Below are positions 17,664-27,189 of a stretch of 64,000 nt of DNA, one piece after another (within the stretch, counting starts at the first letter, position 1; every line of letters starts with the position of its first letter). Origin of the DNA: a candidate division WOR-3 bacterium (GTDB lineage Bacteria; Hydrothermota; Tepidihabitantia; SM23-42); the NCBI GenBank assembly GCA_011052815.1, contig DRIG01000085.1, forward strand, positions 1,110 to 65,109, written 5' to 3'. The translations under genes were made by a program, and so were the position numbers. The notes under the pieces are model-generated. The model ran no database searches, had not been told where the DNA came from, and saw only the letters and a list, made by a program, of their open reading frames with translations.

Positions 17664-18868
17664 TCGTCTTTGAGATATTTTTTACCTTTTAGATTTTCAG
17701 GCATATATTCCTGCTCCACTTTTGCATCGGGATAATCATGGGGATATTTGTAGCCTTTGCCGTAGCCGAGTTTCTTCATCAACGGGGTCGGTGCATTTCG
17801 AATATGCAGAGGGACCGGTTCAGCCAGGGTCTTGAGGGCGTCTTCTTTTGCGGCTTCATAGGCAAGGTATATTTTATTGCTCTTCACCGCCTTTGCCAGA
17901 TACACGACACATTCAGCCAGGGCAAGGTCTCCTTCAGGCCTGCCGATGAACTCGACCGCTTCTTTCGCCGCAATTGCGACGACGAGTGCCTGGGGATCGG
18001 CTTCGCCGATATCTTCAACCGCAAAACGGACCAGACGTCGGGCGATGTAGAGAGGGTCTTCACCTCCTTCGAGCATGCGCGCCAGCCAGTAAAGTCCGGC
18101 ATCCGGATCAGAACCCCTTAGTGATTTATGGAGCGCCGAGATCAGATTATAATGCTCTTCTCCTTTTTTATCGTACTTCAGGGCTTTTTTCTGGACTACA
18201 TCTTCAGCGGTTTTGAGGTCGATATAGTTATCTTTTGCCGAGAGGGTGCAGAGCTCAAGGGCGTTTAAAGCGACTCTTGCGTCTCCGTCGGAAATATTTG
18301 CGAGAAAATCAAGGGCTTCAGGGCTCAATTTGAATCTATTCCCCAGTCCTTTTTGTGAAGTCAACGCCCTTTGAATTATTTTCTTCATATCTTCAAAAGA
18401 AAGAGGGCGGACCACATAGACCTTCACCCGGGAGAGCAGACTCGAGTTTAATTCAAACGAGGGATTTTCAGTCGTGGCTCCGATAAGAATGATTGTTCCT
18501 TTTTCCACATAAGGCAGGAACGCATCCTGTTGTGCTTTGTTAAAACGGTGGATCTCATCGATGAATATTATTGTGTCCGTGTTATATAATTTTTTGCGCT
18601 CCTGCGCTTTGCTCATAAATTTTTTTATTTCGGCGATACCGCTTGTGGCGGCGGAAAAAGAAACAAATTCGGCTGAAAACTTTTTGGCAAAGAGTCGGGC
18701 GATGGTGGTCTTGCCGCTTCCCGGCGGACCGAAGAGAATCATCGAAAATAATTTTCCTTTTTCAATCTGTTTTTGAATGGGACAGCCCGGACCAAGAAGA
18801 TGGCGTTGTCCGAGTACTTCATCGAACGTTTCCGGTCTTACACGGTCAGCTAAAGGAGTTCCTTTCAT
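17660..18868 (-). CDS. rarA: Replication-associated recombination protein A (RarA/MgsA AAA+ ATPase)
   Basis: N-terminal ...LADRVRPETFDEVLGQRHLLGPG. Walker A FGPPGSGKTTIARL. Conserved C-terminal MgsA domain. Confidence 0.85.
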   Translation of the reverse strand: MKGTPLADRVRPETFDEVLGQRHLLGPGCPIQKQIEKGKLFSMILFGPPGSGKTTIARLFAKKFSAEFVSFSAATSGIAEIKKFMSKAQERKKLYNTDTIIFIDEIHRFNKAQQDAFLPYVEKGTIILIGATTENPSFELNSSLLSRVKVYVVRPLSFEDMKKIIQRALTSQKGLGNRFKLSPEALDFLANISDGDARVALNALELCTLSAKDNYIDLKTAEDVVQKKALKYDKKGEEHYNLISALHKSLRGSDPDAGLYWLARMLEGGEDPLYIARRLVRFAVEDIGEADPQALVVAIAAKEAVEFIGRPEGDLALAECVVYLAKAVKSNKIYLAYEAAKEDALKTLAEPVPLHIRNAPTPLMKKLGYGKGYKYPHDYPDAKVEQEYMPENLKGKKYLKDE

Positions 18869-18884
18869 TGTTATCTTTAAAACA

Positions 18885-19649
18885 TTATTGTTGTAAAATC
18901 AAATATAGATAAAAGAACGGGATGGTGAGGATCAATGAATCCAGACGGTCCAGAAAACCACCGTGTCCCGGGAATATCTTTGATGCATCTTTCAGATTGA
19001 CCTCTCTTTTCATTCCCGATTCAAACAGGTCTCCGATGGTCGCCATCGTGCCGATGCCGAGAGTGATCAACACCGTATCCAGGATATTGAAGGAAGGCAC
19101 CCAGAGTCTGCTGAACAGGAGGGTGAAGGGATATGTCAGGGGGAAGGCAAGGAGTGTTCCTTCCCAGGATTTCTTCGGACTTATCTGTGGAGCGAATTTA
19201 TGTTTACCGAATCTCGACCCGCTGAAGTAGGCGAATGTGTCATATAACCAGGTGAGCAGCAGCGGTTGTAATGCAATACTGAAACCCATCTTTCTCAGGG
19301 GGATGATGGCGGAGGGAAGTAAAGAAATATATATGATGCCGAAGATTGCGGCGGTTGCCTCAGCCAGGAAATTCGGTTTACGGCGGGAACCAGGAAAGCG
19401 CATAATGGAAAGGAGACATACGAAGACGAAAAATATCGCAAACGGCAGGAGAAGCGGGACTTCATAGTAGATGAGCAGGGGGATTGAAAACCCCGGTAAA
19501 AGCACGGCGAGGGTATGGGGATATATGTCTTTACGGTGCCAGAATCGGAAATATTCATTGGTTGCAAAGGCGATGAAGAAGATCAGCACGATCGCCAAGA
19601 GCACCGTATCGAACCAGAGCGCTCCGATGGTGATCCCGGCGAGTACCAT
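18885..19649 (-). CDS. cdsA: Phosphatidate cytidylyltransferase (CDP-diglyceride synthase)
   Basis: C-terminal CdsA signature FPGHGGFLDRLDSL. The long ORF reaches 19838 but would overlap uppS by 160 nt, so the start is more likely the internal Met (MVLAGITIG...) at about 19649. Confidence 0.75.
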   Translation of the reverse strand: MVLAGITIGALWFDTVLLAIVLIFFIAFATNEYFRFWHRKDIYPHTLAVLLPGFSIPLLIYYEVPLLLPFAIFFVFVCLLSIMRFPGSRRKPNFLAEATAAIFGIIYISLLPSAIIPLRKMGFSIALQPLLLTWLYDTFAYFSGSRFGKHKFAPQISPKKSWEGTLLAFPLTYPFTLLFSRLWVPSFNILDTVLITLGIGTMATIGDLFESGMKREVNLKDASKIFPGHGGFLDRLDSLILTIPFFYLYLILQQ

Positions 19650-19677
19650 CCCGGTTATAACCCTGTTTTTTAATTCC

Positions 19678-20382
19678 TTAGACTGCACCAAAAAGCCGTT
19701 CCCTTTTTTTGAAAGATTCAATCGCCTTAATATATTCCTTTTCTTTGAAGTCGGGCCAGAGGGTTTTTGTGAAATATATTTCTGTATAGGCGATCTGCCA
19801 GAGAAGAAAATTCGAAACCCTTTCCCGTTTTTCCGCACCGGTCCTTATCAAAAGTTCGGGCTCAGGAAGTTGAGGATCATACAGAAATCTGGCGAAATAT
19901 TTTTCATCAAATTCATCAAGGTTTATATGTTTTTTTCTGTCTTCCAATAATATCTTCTTGACGCTGTCCACGATTTCACTTTGACCGCCGTAGTTCAAGC
20001 ACAGGGTCAGCACAAGTCCTTTGTTGTTGCGGGTGACGGACAGCGAATCATCGAGGGCTTTTTTCGCATTGGGGGCGAGTTCTTCCAGTCTGCCGATGGC
20101 GTTTATCCTGACCTGATTCTCGTGCAGTTCCGGCGTTTCTTTGATGAGCATTTCTTCAAGCATCGCCATCAGGGTGTCGACTTCTTTTTTCGGTCTTTTC
20201 CAGTTCTCGGTCGAGAAGGTATATAAGGTCAAAAATTTTATATTCATTTTCCGGGACGCCTTGACTATTCTACGGACCGTTTCGACGCCGCGGCGGTGTC
20301 CGACGACGCGCGGCAGAGCCCGTTTTCTCGCCCACCGTCCATTGCCGTCCATTATAATGGCTACGTGTTTCAGTTGCTGCAT
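19678..20382 (-). CDS. uppS: Isoprenyl transferase / undecaprenyl-diphosphate synthase
   Basis: HVAIIMDGNGRWA...RGHRRG motif of cis-prenyltransferases. Conserved uppS-cdsA gene pair. Confidence 0.85.
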   Translation of the reverse strand: MQQLKHVAIIMDGNGRWARKRALPRVVGHRRGVETVRRIVKASRKMNIKFLTLYTFSTENWKRPKKEVDTLMAMLEEMLIKETPELHENQVRINAIGRLEELAPNAKKALDDSLSVTRNNKGLVLTLCLNYGGQSEIVDSVKKILLEDRKKHINLDEFDEKYFARFLYDPQLPEPELLIRTGAEKRERVSNFLLWQIAYTEIYFTKTLWPDFKEKEYIKAIESFKKRERLFGAV

Positions 20383-20458
20383 CGTCTATTATATCATAAA
20401 ATATTATGGAGTCAATAGCCCTAAGATCTGATTCCTCTACACTACGTTTAGATCGTTG

Positions 20459-20612
20459 AAAGCGATGGAGAAATGGGAAATGGAGAAACGGGGAAATGGA
20501 GAAATGGAGAAGGGGGGAAATGGAGAAACGGGGAAACGGAGAAAGGGGGAAATGGAGAAACGGGGAAACGGAGAAAGGGGGAAATGGAGAAGGGGAGAAA
20601 CGGGGGATTCCT
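20459..20612 (+). repeat. Purine-only tandem repeat array, about 9-10 imperfect 16-bp units (GGAGAAAYGGGGAAAY), intergenic between divergent uppS and the M23 peptidase gene
   Basis: Read directly: ggagaaatgggaaat ggagaaacggggaaat ggagaaatggagaagggggg aaatggagaaacggggaaacggagaaagggggaaat ... Complete strand asymmetry, with all purines on the + strand. Confidence 0.7.
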
Positions 20613-20647
20613 TGATTTTTGAATAGGTGATTTTACTCATAAAAGTG

Positions 20648-20675
20648 CTTGACATAGCCCGACTTTTTGATATAA
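20648..20675 (+). promoter_or_regulatory. Sigma70-type promoter TTGACA-N16-TATAAT with its -10 about 6 nt before the ATG of the M23 peptidase gene (leaderless)
   Basis: gcttgacatagcccgactttttgatataatcatataATG. Coordinates accurate to +/-1. Confidence 0.5.
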
Positions 20676-20682
20676 TCATATA

Positions 20683-21606
20683 ATGAAACAACCGATCGAT
20701 ATTATATTTATTTCGAAAAAACATAACTTTTTACGGAGTATAAAACTACCCGGTTATCTGCTGACCTTGCTGTCATTGGTACTTGTAGGAATAGTTGTTT
20801 TCACCGTGATTCTGGTCAGCTATAACACCCGGGAGATTTTTATCGAATTAAATATTGCCAGGAGTGAAAAAGAACATAATCTTTTACTCCATCAGCTGGA
20901 CTCATTGAACGCCTTGATAGATTTTACCCATAAACAATTTGACAAATATATCGCCCAGGACAACAGGGAACGTACTTTCTGGCAGATGGCATATATTCAT
21001 CCGGATATCTGGTCCATGGGTGTCGGTGGTGAAAAGCCTCTGCTGGATGAAAAGTATTTATCCGGCAGGGTGCGGGAAAGACTTAATGAAATGTATGAAG
21101 TCCTCGATGTCTTAAAAGGAAAATGCTATTTGAGAAGTTCAAGCCTTAATGACATCGAGGCTCAAATCAAAGGCAAAATCACATTATGGTCGCATAAGCC
21201 ATCAACCCATCCTGTACCGGGAAGGCCTCTGGGGTCAGGTTTCGGCTATCGTGTCGATCCAATCGACAAGAAGACCATCAGAATGCACTGGGGGGTTGAT
21301 ATCGGCGCACCCACGGGTACGGACATTCTTGCCACCGGCGACGGAGTCGTATCATATACCGGCTGGCGTAAGGGATATGGTTTGACCGTAGAGATTGACC
21401 ACGGTTTCGGTTTTAAAACACGCTATGCACATTGCAGCAGTATCGTGGTGCAGAAAGGAGATATAGTGAAACGCGGTCAGACAATCGCCAGGGTCGGTTC
21501 CACAGGAAGAACGGTCGCGCCCCATCTTCATTATGAGGTCCATGTATCCGGAGTTCGTGTCAACCCTGTGCCGTATATTGATCTGGCGAACGTCGTCTTT
21601 GATTAA
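20683..21606 (+). CDS. M23-family (LytM-type) peptidoglycan endopeptidase with an N-terminal TM anchor and coiled-coil
   Basis: HWGVDIGAPTGTDI...HLHYEVH, the HxxxD...HxH zinc motifs of peptidase M23. Confidence 0.8.
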   Translation: MKQPIDIIFISKKHNFLRSIKLPGYLLTLLSLVLVGIVVFTVILVSYNTREIFIELNIARSEKEHNLLLHQLDSLNALIDFTHKQFDKYIAQDNRERTFWQMAYIHPDIWSMGVGGEKPLLDEKYLSGRVRERLNEMYEVLDVLKGKCYLRSSSLNDIEAQIKGKITLWSHKPSTHPVPGRPLGSGFGYRVDPIDKKTIRMHWGVDIGAPTGTDILATGDGVVSYTGWRKGYGLTVEIDHGFGFKTRYAHCSSIVVQKGDIVKRGQTIARVGSTGRTVAPHLHYEVHVSGVRVNPVPYIDLANVVFD

Positions 21607-22666
21607 TATCCCGCCGCGGAAAATCCTGATTGTTTTATTATTCGGAACTTTTCTTTTTTCCGATTCATTAACCGTCATTGCAGTCGGCGATATTATGATG
21701 GGTTCGACATATCCGACAGCCGATCTCCCGCCTCATAGAGGTAGGGAGTTATTTAAAAATCTTGATTCAATCCTGCTCAGCGCTGATTTGACAATGGGTA
21801 ATCTGGAAGGAACTTTATTAACAGGAGGAATCTGTACCAAAAAGGTGAAAAAGGGAAGGTGTTATGCCTTCAGAACACCGCCTGATTTTGTACAGAATCT
21901 GGTGGACGCGGGTTTTGATTTTATGAATCTCGCCAATAATCATATGAATGACTTCGGTGCCGCGGGCATTGCGTCGACAATCAGGGTGCTTGACAGCGCC
22001 GGGATCAAATCGGGTGGAGCGTACGGTAAAACCGCTGCTTTTGTGATTGACAGTTTAAAAATAGCCGTACTCTGTTTTTCCACGTCACCGAACACCAATA
22101 CAATCTTTGAGATTCAGGAGGCACAGCATAAGGTTGCTGAAACAGCGGCGGCGAACGATATCGTGATTGTTTCTTTTCATGGTGGAGGCGAAGGGTCAGC
22201 CTATTTGCACACCCGTGATACAATGGAGTATTTTCTGGGCAACCCGAGGGGGAATGTCGTCGAATTCGCTCATGCAGTGATCGACAGTGGAGCGGATTTT
22301 GTTTGGGGACACGGACCTCATGTTCCCAGGGCTCTTGAACTTTATAAAGACAGACTCATCGCGTACAGCCTCGGAAATTTCTGCACCTGGGGGTTTAATC
22401 TTCGGGGTGAAAAAGGATATGCTCCGCTCCTTAAGGTGGTTCTGGCGCCTGACGGTGGATTTAAACACGGAAGGATTATTTCCGCGATACAGAGACCATA
22501 CGAACCGCTGATGCTCGACAGCCTTGATCAGGCGGCGAAGCTTATCAAAGAGCTGAGTGCCGCAGATTTTCCCGACTCCGCACCCGTGATAACAGAACAG
22601 GGGATGATTCTTTCTTTTCACAACACCGGCAACGATTCTTTGAAATTCAAAAAAGACAGTTATTAG
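21533..22666 (+). CDS. CapA-family (PGA_cap) metallophosphatase-like protein
   Basis: VIAVGDIMMG...NNHMNDFG...FHGGGEGS...WGHGPHVPR. The 5' 70 nt overlap the M23 gene, so the true start is probably downstream, near the signal-like stretch ILIVLLFGTFLF. Confidence 0.65.
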   Translation: MRSMYPEFVSTLCRILIWRTSSLINIPPRKILIVLLFGTFLFSDSLTVIAVGDIMMGSTYPTADLPPHRGRELFKNLDSILLSADLTMGNLEGTLLTGGICTKKVKKGRCYAFRTPPDFVQNLVDAGFDFMNLANNHMNDFGAAGIASTIRVLDSAGIKSGGAYGKTAAFVIDSLKIAVLCFSTSPNTNTIFEIQEAQHKVAETAAANDIVIVSFHGGGEGSAYLHTRDTMEYFLGNPRGNVVEFAHAVIDSGADFVWGHGPHVPRALELYKDRLIAYSLGNFCTWGFNLRGEKGYAPLLKVVLAPDGGFKHGRIISAIQRPYEPLMLDSLDQAAKLIKELSAADFPDSAPVITEQGMILSFHNTGNDSLKFKKDSY

Positions 22667-22751
22667 AAACCACCGATGATCTCTGTCCGGGTCGCATAAG
22701 TTGCTTGACCTGTAAAGATATTTTAGTAGAATATATTAAACGGAGGTAATC

Positions 22752-24836
22752 ATGCAAAATTTGATAGTCTTGCTTTTATTGGCTAATCCCTGGAATTGGA
22801 CATTCGTCGGCCCGAGAGGCGGTGAATTTTTCTGGGCACTCAGCCATCCTGATGCAAACAATTTCGCCGCCGCTCTTTCAATGGGTGATGTGTGGCGTAC
22901 GACCGACGGCGGAGTGAACTGGGAACTGTCTTTTGAAAACAGTCTGCCGGTCGCCGGAATGTTTTCTTCGCCGAATGCCGGCATAATCGTTGATTACACC
23001 GGTGAGGTATGGGTGACTCTTGACGCCGGAGTGAACTGGACGAGTGTATTGACGACCAATCATTTCCACGCAGCGAGTTTCGACGTCATCGACACGGTGA
23101 TTTATCTCGCCGACAGCATTCCTCCCAGACTCTGGCGCAGTACAAATTCCGGTTTGACCTGGCAGGTTATTACTGTTTTTGATTCATTATATAGTGTTGA
23201 CCAAATCGCACATATCCCCGGTTCACCCAGTACTTACTGGCTTGTAGGCCATACTCAGGATAATGACACTCTGGCATATATTTACTTTTCCGGAACCTCT
23301 TCTTTCGTTGATACGATAGTCGCCGGAGAAGTCGATGATTTTCAGGAGAACCCTGCTGATATCTGGCATACACTCATCGCAACGGATCACGGAATATATC
23401 AGGCAACTTCTGGAACAGGTCCCTGGGTGCAGCTGGCAGAGCCTTTTGCCTATGGACTGTACCAGCCGATAGATATTGAATTTACCGGAGACGATACCAT
23501 CGTCGTCTCAAGTATGTTCAATCCCGGTATATTCAGGGGTGTGAGGATCGCCGGTGTCTGGATCTTTACCCAGACCGAAAACCGGGAAGGCTGCGGCTAT
23601 ATGAATTTCGGCGGCGCGACCACACTCTACTGCGGATCCTTAGGAAGTGGTGTTTTTAAATCGACTGATGATGGGAATTCCTGGACTATTCAGGACGGTC
23701 TTTATGGACATTTACTTTTAAGCGCCGGTGCCGTGAGCGAGATTATAGATTCCACTTTTTACTTCATCGGATTCGGAGGAAAACCGTTCAAGACCACAGA
23801 TTGGGGGACGACCTGGACACCGCTTTCCCACAATTTTCTTATATACGGTTCTGCCATTGAAGTCGCTCCGACCAACCCCAATTTTCTCATTGTTTCCGCA
23901 ATGGACATCGAGACGGTCGGCAGCCCGCCGATGACGATATATCGTTCAACAGACGGCGGCACCTCGTGGTCACCGGTCGATTCAACTTATGCCGCGGCGG
24001 ATTTTCTTATTACAAGTAATCCTGATATAATTATGGGAATCACGGATACAGTTGTGATTCGTTCCACATCAGGCGGTAATGGCTTTTCACCGGTTTTGAC
24101 GGCTGCAAACAACTTTTATAATCTTACAGGAAGAGATACGGTCTTTGTTGCTTCCCGAGACTCGACATATGTCAGTTATGATCAGGGAGCGACCTGGTCC
24201 TTCCTTGTTGATCGCGGCGGTACGTTGACCTATGATAGTATAAGAGATATACTCTATATTGTTGCGGAACAGGGTTTCTACACTTTTGATGTAAATACCG
24301 GCACACTTGACAGCCTGTCCTATAACTGTCTCACCGCTTCGGTATCACCGAACGGCAATCTCTATTTCTTATTTGTCAGTGATACTCTACGCATCGCAAG
24401 GTCTTTCGACGGCGGCAATACAATAGAAGAAGAAGTTTTCCCGATACCATTCTCCCTTAGTGGAGGAATCAAAGCCGGTGATGACGGTGTTTTCTGCTAC
24501 CAGGGGATCAGAGGTCTGTGGGTGAGCAATGATATTACTTCAGGCGTTGCTGAATCGAAAGAGGAGGTTTGCGCCGGTACCCTGACGTTTGCTCCGACAA
24601 TAATCAAAAAGACACAGAACGGGAAACTGCGGTTGACGCTCAATACAAACCAGCGGGTGGAGCTGAATATTGTTGATCTCACAGGTAGAAAGATAGAAGA
24701 ACTCTACAATGGCAGACTCGAAGCCGGGACCCACGAATTCAATCTTTCCGCGGAAAAGCTTGCGAACGGCGTCTATTTTATCCTATATGAAACCGCTCAG
24801 AACAGAGCTACAAGAAAATTTCTTGTGATTAAATAA
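22752..24836 (+). CDS. Secreted BNR/Asp-box (sortilin-like) repeat protein with a T9SS C-terminal sorting domain
   Basis: At least 7 SxDxGxTW motifs (TTDGGVNW, TLDAGVNW, STNSGLTW, STDDGNSW, TTDWGTTW, STDGGTSW, DQGATW). C-terminal ...GVYFILYETAQNRATRKFLVIK. GGAGG Shine-Dalgarno. Confidence 0.7.
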   Translation: MQNLIVLLLLANPWNWTFVGPRGGEFFWALSHPDANNFAAALSMGDVWRTTDGGVNWELSFENSLPVAGMFSSPNAGIIVDYTGEVWVTLDAGVNWTSVLTTNHFHAASFDVIDTVIYLADSIPPRLWRSTNSGLTWQVITVFDSLYSVDQIAHIPGSPSTYWLVGHTQDNDTLAYIYFSGTSSFVDTIVAGEVDDFQENPADIWHTLIATDHGIYQATSGTGPWVQLAEPFAYGLYQPIDIEFTGDDTIVVSSMFNPGIFRGVRIAGVWIFTQTENREGCGYMNFGGATTLYCGSLGSGVFKSTDDGNSWTIQDGLYGHLLLSAGAVSEIIDSTFYFIGFGGKPFKTTDWGTTWTPLSHNFLIYGSAIEVAPTNPNFLIVSAMDIETVGSPPMTIYRSTDGGTSWSPVDSTYAAADFLITSNPDIIMGITDTVVIRSTSGGNGFSPVLTAANNFYNLTGRDTVFVASRDSTYVSYDQGATWSFLVDRGGTLTYDSIRDILYIVAEQGFYTFDVNTGTLDSLSYNCLTASVSPNGNLYFLFVSDTLRIARSFDGGNTIEEEVFPIPFSLSGGIKAGDDGVFCYQGIRGLWVSNDITSGVAESKEEVCAGTLTFAPTIIKKTQNGKLRLTLNTNQRVELNIVDLTGRKIEELYNGRLEAGTHEFNLSAEKLANGVYFILYETAQNRATRKFLVIK

Positions 24837-24862
24837 CCGAAAGGAAAGGATCTTTCAGGCTA

Positions 24863-24890
24863 TTGACTTATAGAAAAATCCTGTTATAAT
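24863..24890 (+). promoter_or_regulatory. Sigma70-type promoter TTGACT-N16-TATAAT with its -10 6 nt before the asd ATG (leaderless)
   Basis: ttgacttatagaaaaatcctgttataatacggctATG. Confidence 0.5.
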
Positions 24891-24896
24891 ACGGCT

Positions 24897-25886
24897 ATGA
24901 AAAACGTCGCTGTTCTGGGTGCTACAGGTCTGGTCGGTGAAACAGTCATAAAAATTTTAGAAGAGCGGAATTTTCCGGTGAAAGAACTTTTTCCCTTTGC
25001 TTCAACCAGGAGTGAAGGACAGCAGATAATATTTAAAGATACGGAAATAGGTATTTACACTGAGATCGATGATTTTCTTAATCAGGTCGATATCGTCTTC
25101 GGCTGTCTTGATGCTCCCCTGTCACGCGAACTTATTCCCAGGTTCAAAGATAAAGCGGTGGTGATTGATAATTCAAACGCCTTTCGTATGGAACCCGATG
25201 TTCCGCTCGTCGTGCCGGAGGTCAATCCGGAAAAGATAAAAGAACACAGCGGTTTGATAGCGAATCCCAACTGTTCGACGATTCAGATGGTTGTCGCATT
25301 GTATCCACTTCATAAAAAAGCAAGGATAAAGAGGGTATTCGTGGCGACCTATCAATCGGTTTCCGGCTATGGAAAAGGTGCGGTTGAAGAACTTCAGTAT
25401 GAGATTGAATGTCTCGGTATGAATGAAGAGATAAGAAAATATGAAGACAGTGTATTTCCGCTTCCGATCGGCAATAATGTCATCCCTCAGATCGGTGGTT
25501 TCAATGAAGAGGGGTATACTACTGAAGAGATGAAGATGGTGAATGAAACCCGTAAGATTTTCGACGACCCCACCATTAGTGTTACATCGACCTGTGTGCG
25601 TATCCCGGTCTTTATCAGCCATAGTGAAGCGATATCGATTGAATTCGAGCAACCCCTTTCTCCGAATGAGGCAAAGGAGATTCTGCGGGAGGCTCCAGGG
25701 GTGAGACTCTTTGAAAAAGAAGATAAATACCCGGTGCCCTATCATGCTTCAGGAAAAGACCTGGTTTTCGTCGGAAGGTTGAGGAGGGACCTTGCGTTTG
25801 AAAACGGTCTTGCGATGTGGGTCGTAGCCGACAACGTTCGCAAAGGAGCGGCACTCAACGCAGTGCAGATCGCCGAACTGTTGTAA
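24897..25886 (+). CDS. asd: Aspartate-semialdehyde dehydrogenase
   Basis: N-terminal NAD fold VAVLGATGLVGE. The catalytic region around ...NPNCSTIQMV... About 330 aa. Confidence 0.85.
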   Translation: MKNVAVLGATGLVGETVIKILEERNFPVKELFPFASTRSEGQQIIFKDTEIGIYTEIDDFLNQVDIVFGCLDAPLSRELIPRFKDKAVVIDNSNAFRMEPDVPLVVPEVNPEKIKEHSGLIANPNCSTIQMVVALYPLHKKARIKRVFVATYQSVSGYGKGAVEELQYEIECLGMNEEIRKYEDSVFPLPIGNNVIPQIGGFNEEGYTTEEMKMVNETRKIFDDPTISVTSTCVRIPVFISHSEAISIEFEQPLSPNEAKEILREAPGVRLFEKEDKYPVPYHASGKDLVFVGRLRRDLAFENGLAMWVVADNVRKGAALNAVQIAELL

Positions 25887-25952
25887 TCAGAGGAGTTCAT
25901 TTTCCGGTGATTCTTATCAAAAAAAATATGGAGGACGGTTTTTTTTGAATAG

Positions 25953-27137
25953 ATGAATATTATAGGCTGGGCAGGTATTGTCATATCCTTGGTCTTTATT
26001 CTGGTTGCGGCACGCCGGAGCCTGCCGTTGGCGCTTTTTTTAGGCGCAGTCATTCTCGGTTTATTCACGCTTCCGGTTCCGGAAATCTTCAAGAGTATTC
26101 TTCGCACCCTTTCAGACCCTTCGATTATTCTTCTGGCGCTGGCAATGGGTGTTATTCCGATGATCGGTGGAGTGATGAAACAGAGCGGCCAGATGGACGA
26201 CCTCGTCAAAAATTTAAGGATCGGAAGAAAAGGGCTGATGGCTCTGTCACCGGCGATTATGGGGCTTCTTCCTATGCCCGGCGGTGCATTGCTGTCCGCA
26301 CCGATTCTGGAAAAAGGCGGAGAGGGTGTTTCTTCGGAGCTGAAGGTTGCGATAAATGATTGGTTTCGTCATCTCTTTGTGATGATATATCCGCTCAGCT
26401 CCGCGCTTATCGCTTCCGCGAAAATTTCAAGCCTCAATGTCTACACAGCCGCCCTTTATCTTATGCCGACATTCTTCTTCGCGCTGGCGCTCGGATATAT
26501 CTTTTTCATAAGAAGAGTGCACGGTTCCATCACTTATACGGAGGAATTTTCACTGAGAAGATTGATTATACCGCTGGGTATTATTCTCATTGCACCGTTC
26601 CTTGATTTTACCTTAAAGAAGATATTTACGCTTCCGGTAAAAGAACTGGCGACATTCATCGGGGTGAGTGTCGCCTTTGCTTTTTCCTGGAAATTGAGCA
26701 CGGTTGAACTGAATATAAAGAGTATTGCAAAGAGGATGAAACCCTGGAATTTTACTCTGATCATTCTGGGGATGTTTGTTTTTTTACATATATTTCAATC
26801 ATCAAATGTCGCCGAACTTATCGCGGCCATTCCGCTTACACCCGCCACCCTTTGTGTGGTAAGCGGTTTTATTCTCGGGTTCGCCACGGGCAGGGTGTTG
26901 CTGCCGGCATCGATAATCCTGCCGGTGTATCTGACCGCGGCACCGATGACCCCGGTGATCTTCGCGATTATCTACACGAGTATATTTTTCGGTTATGTAA
27001 TATCTCCGGTCCATCCCTGCGTGGGGGTTTCCCTGGAGTATTTTAAAGTGCCATTAAAAAATTTCTTTCGGCTTCTATTGATTCCCACCTTCATAATCTT
27101 TATCGTCGCTTTGATGATCTCTATTTTTTGTATTTAA
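25953..27137 (+). CDS. Polytopic inner-membrane protein, putative permease (DUF401-like)
   Basis: About 10 predicted TM helices. No catalytic motifs recognised. The family assignment is tentative. Confidence 0.35.
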   Translation: MNIIGWAGIVISLVFILVAARRSLPLALFLGAVILGLFTLPVPEIFKSILRTLSDPSIILLALAMGVIPMIGGVMKQSGQMDDLVKNLRIGRKGLMALSPAIMGLLPMPGGALLSAPILEKGGEGVSSELKVAINDWFRHLFVMIYPLSSALIASAKISSLNVYTAALYLMPTFFFALALGYIFFIRRVHGSITYTEEFSLRRLIIPLGIILIAPFLDFTLKKIFTLPVKELATFIGVSVAFAFSWKLSTVELNIKSIAKRMKPWNFTLIILGMFVFLHIFQSSNVAELIAAIPLTPATLCVVSGFILGFATGRVLLPASIILPVYLTAAPMTPVIFAIIYTSIFFGYVISPVHPCVGVSLEYFKVPLKNFFRLLLIPTFIIFIVALMISIFCI

Positions 27138-27189
27138 TCGCTTGACAAAAAAAATTAAGAGACTAAAATAGTAATAACAGAGACAGAAA

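Noticed and set aside
20459-20612. Possible CRISPR array
   Set aside because: The units are contiguous 16-mers with no interspersed unique spacers. No cas genes nearby. Not a CRISPR.
20437-20724. 95-aa minus-strand ORF (PVSPLLHFPLSPFPRFSISPF...) across the purine-rich repeat
   Set aside because: It is simply the translation of the 16-bp tandem repeat (period not a multiple of 3, low-complexity PF/S output). It has no Shine-Dalgarno and overlaps the M23 promoter and start. Treated as intergenic repeat DNA.
25173-25745. 190-aa antisense ORF within asd
   Set aside because: It lies opposite a well-conserved housekeeping gene and has no supporting motifs.
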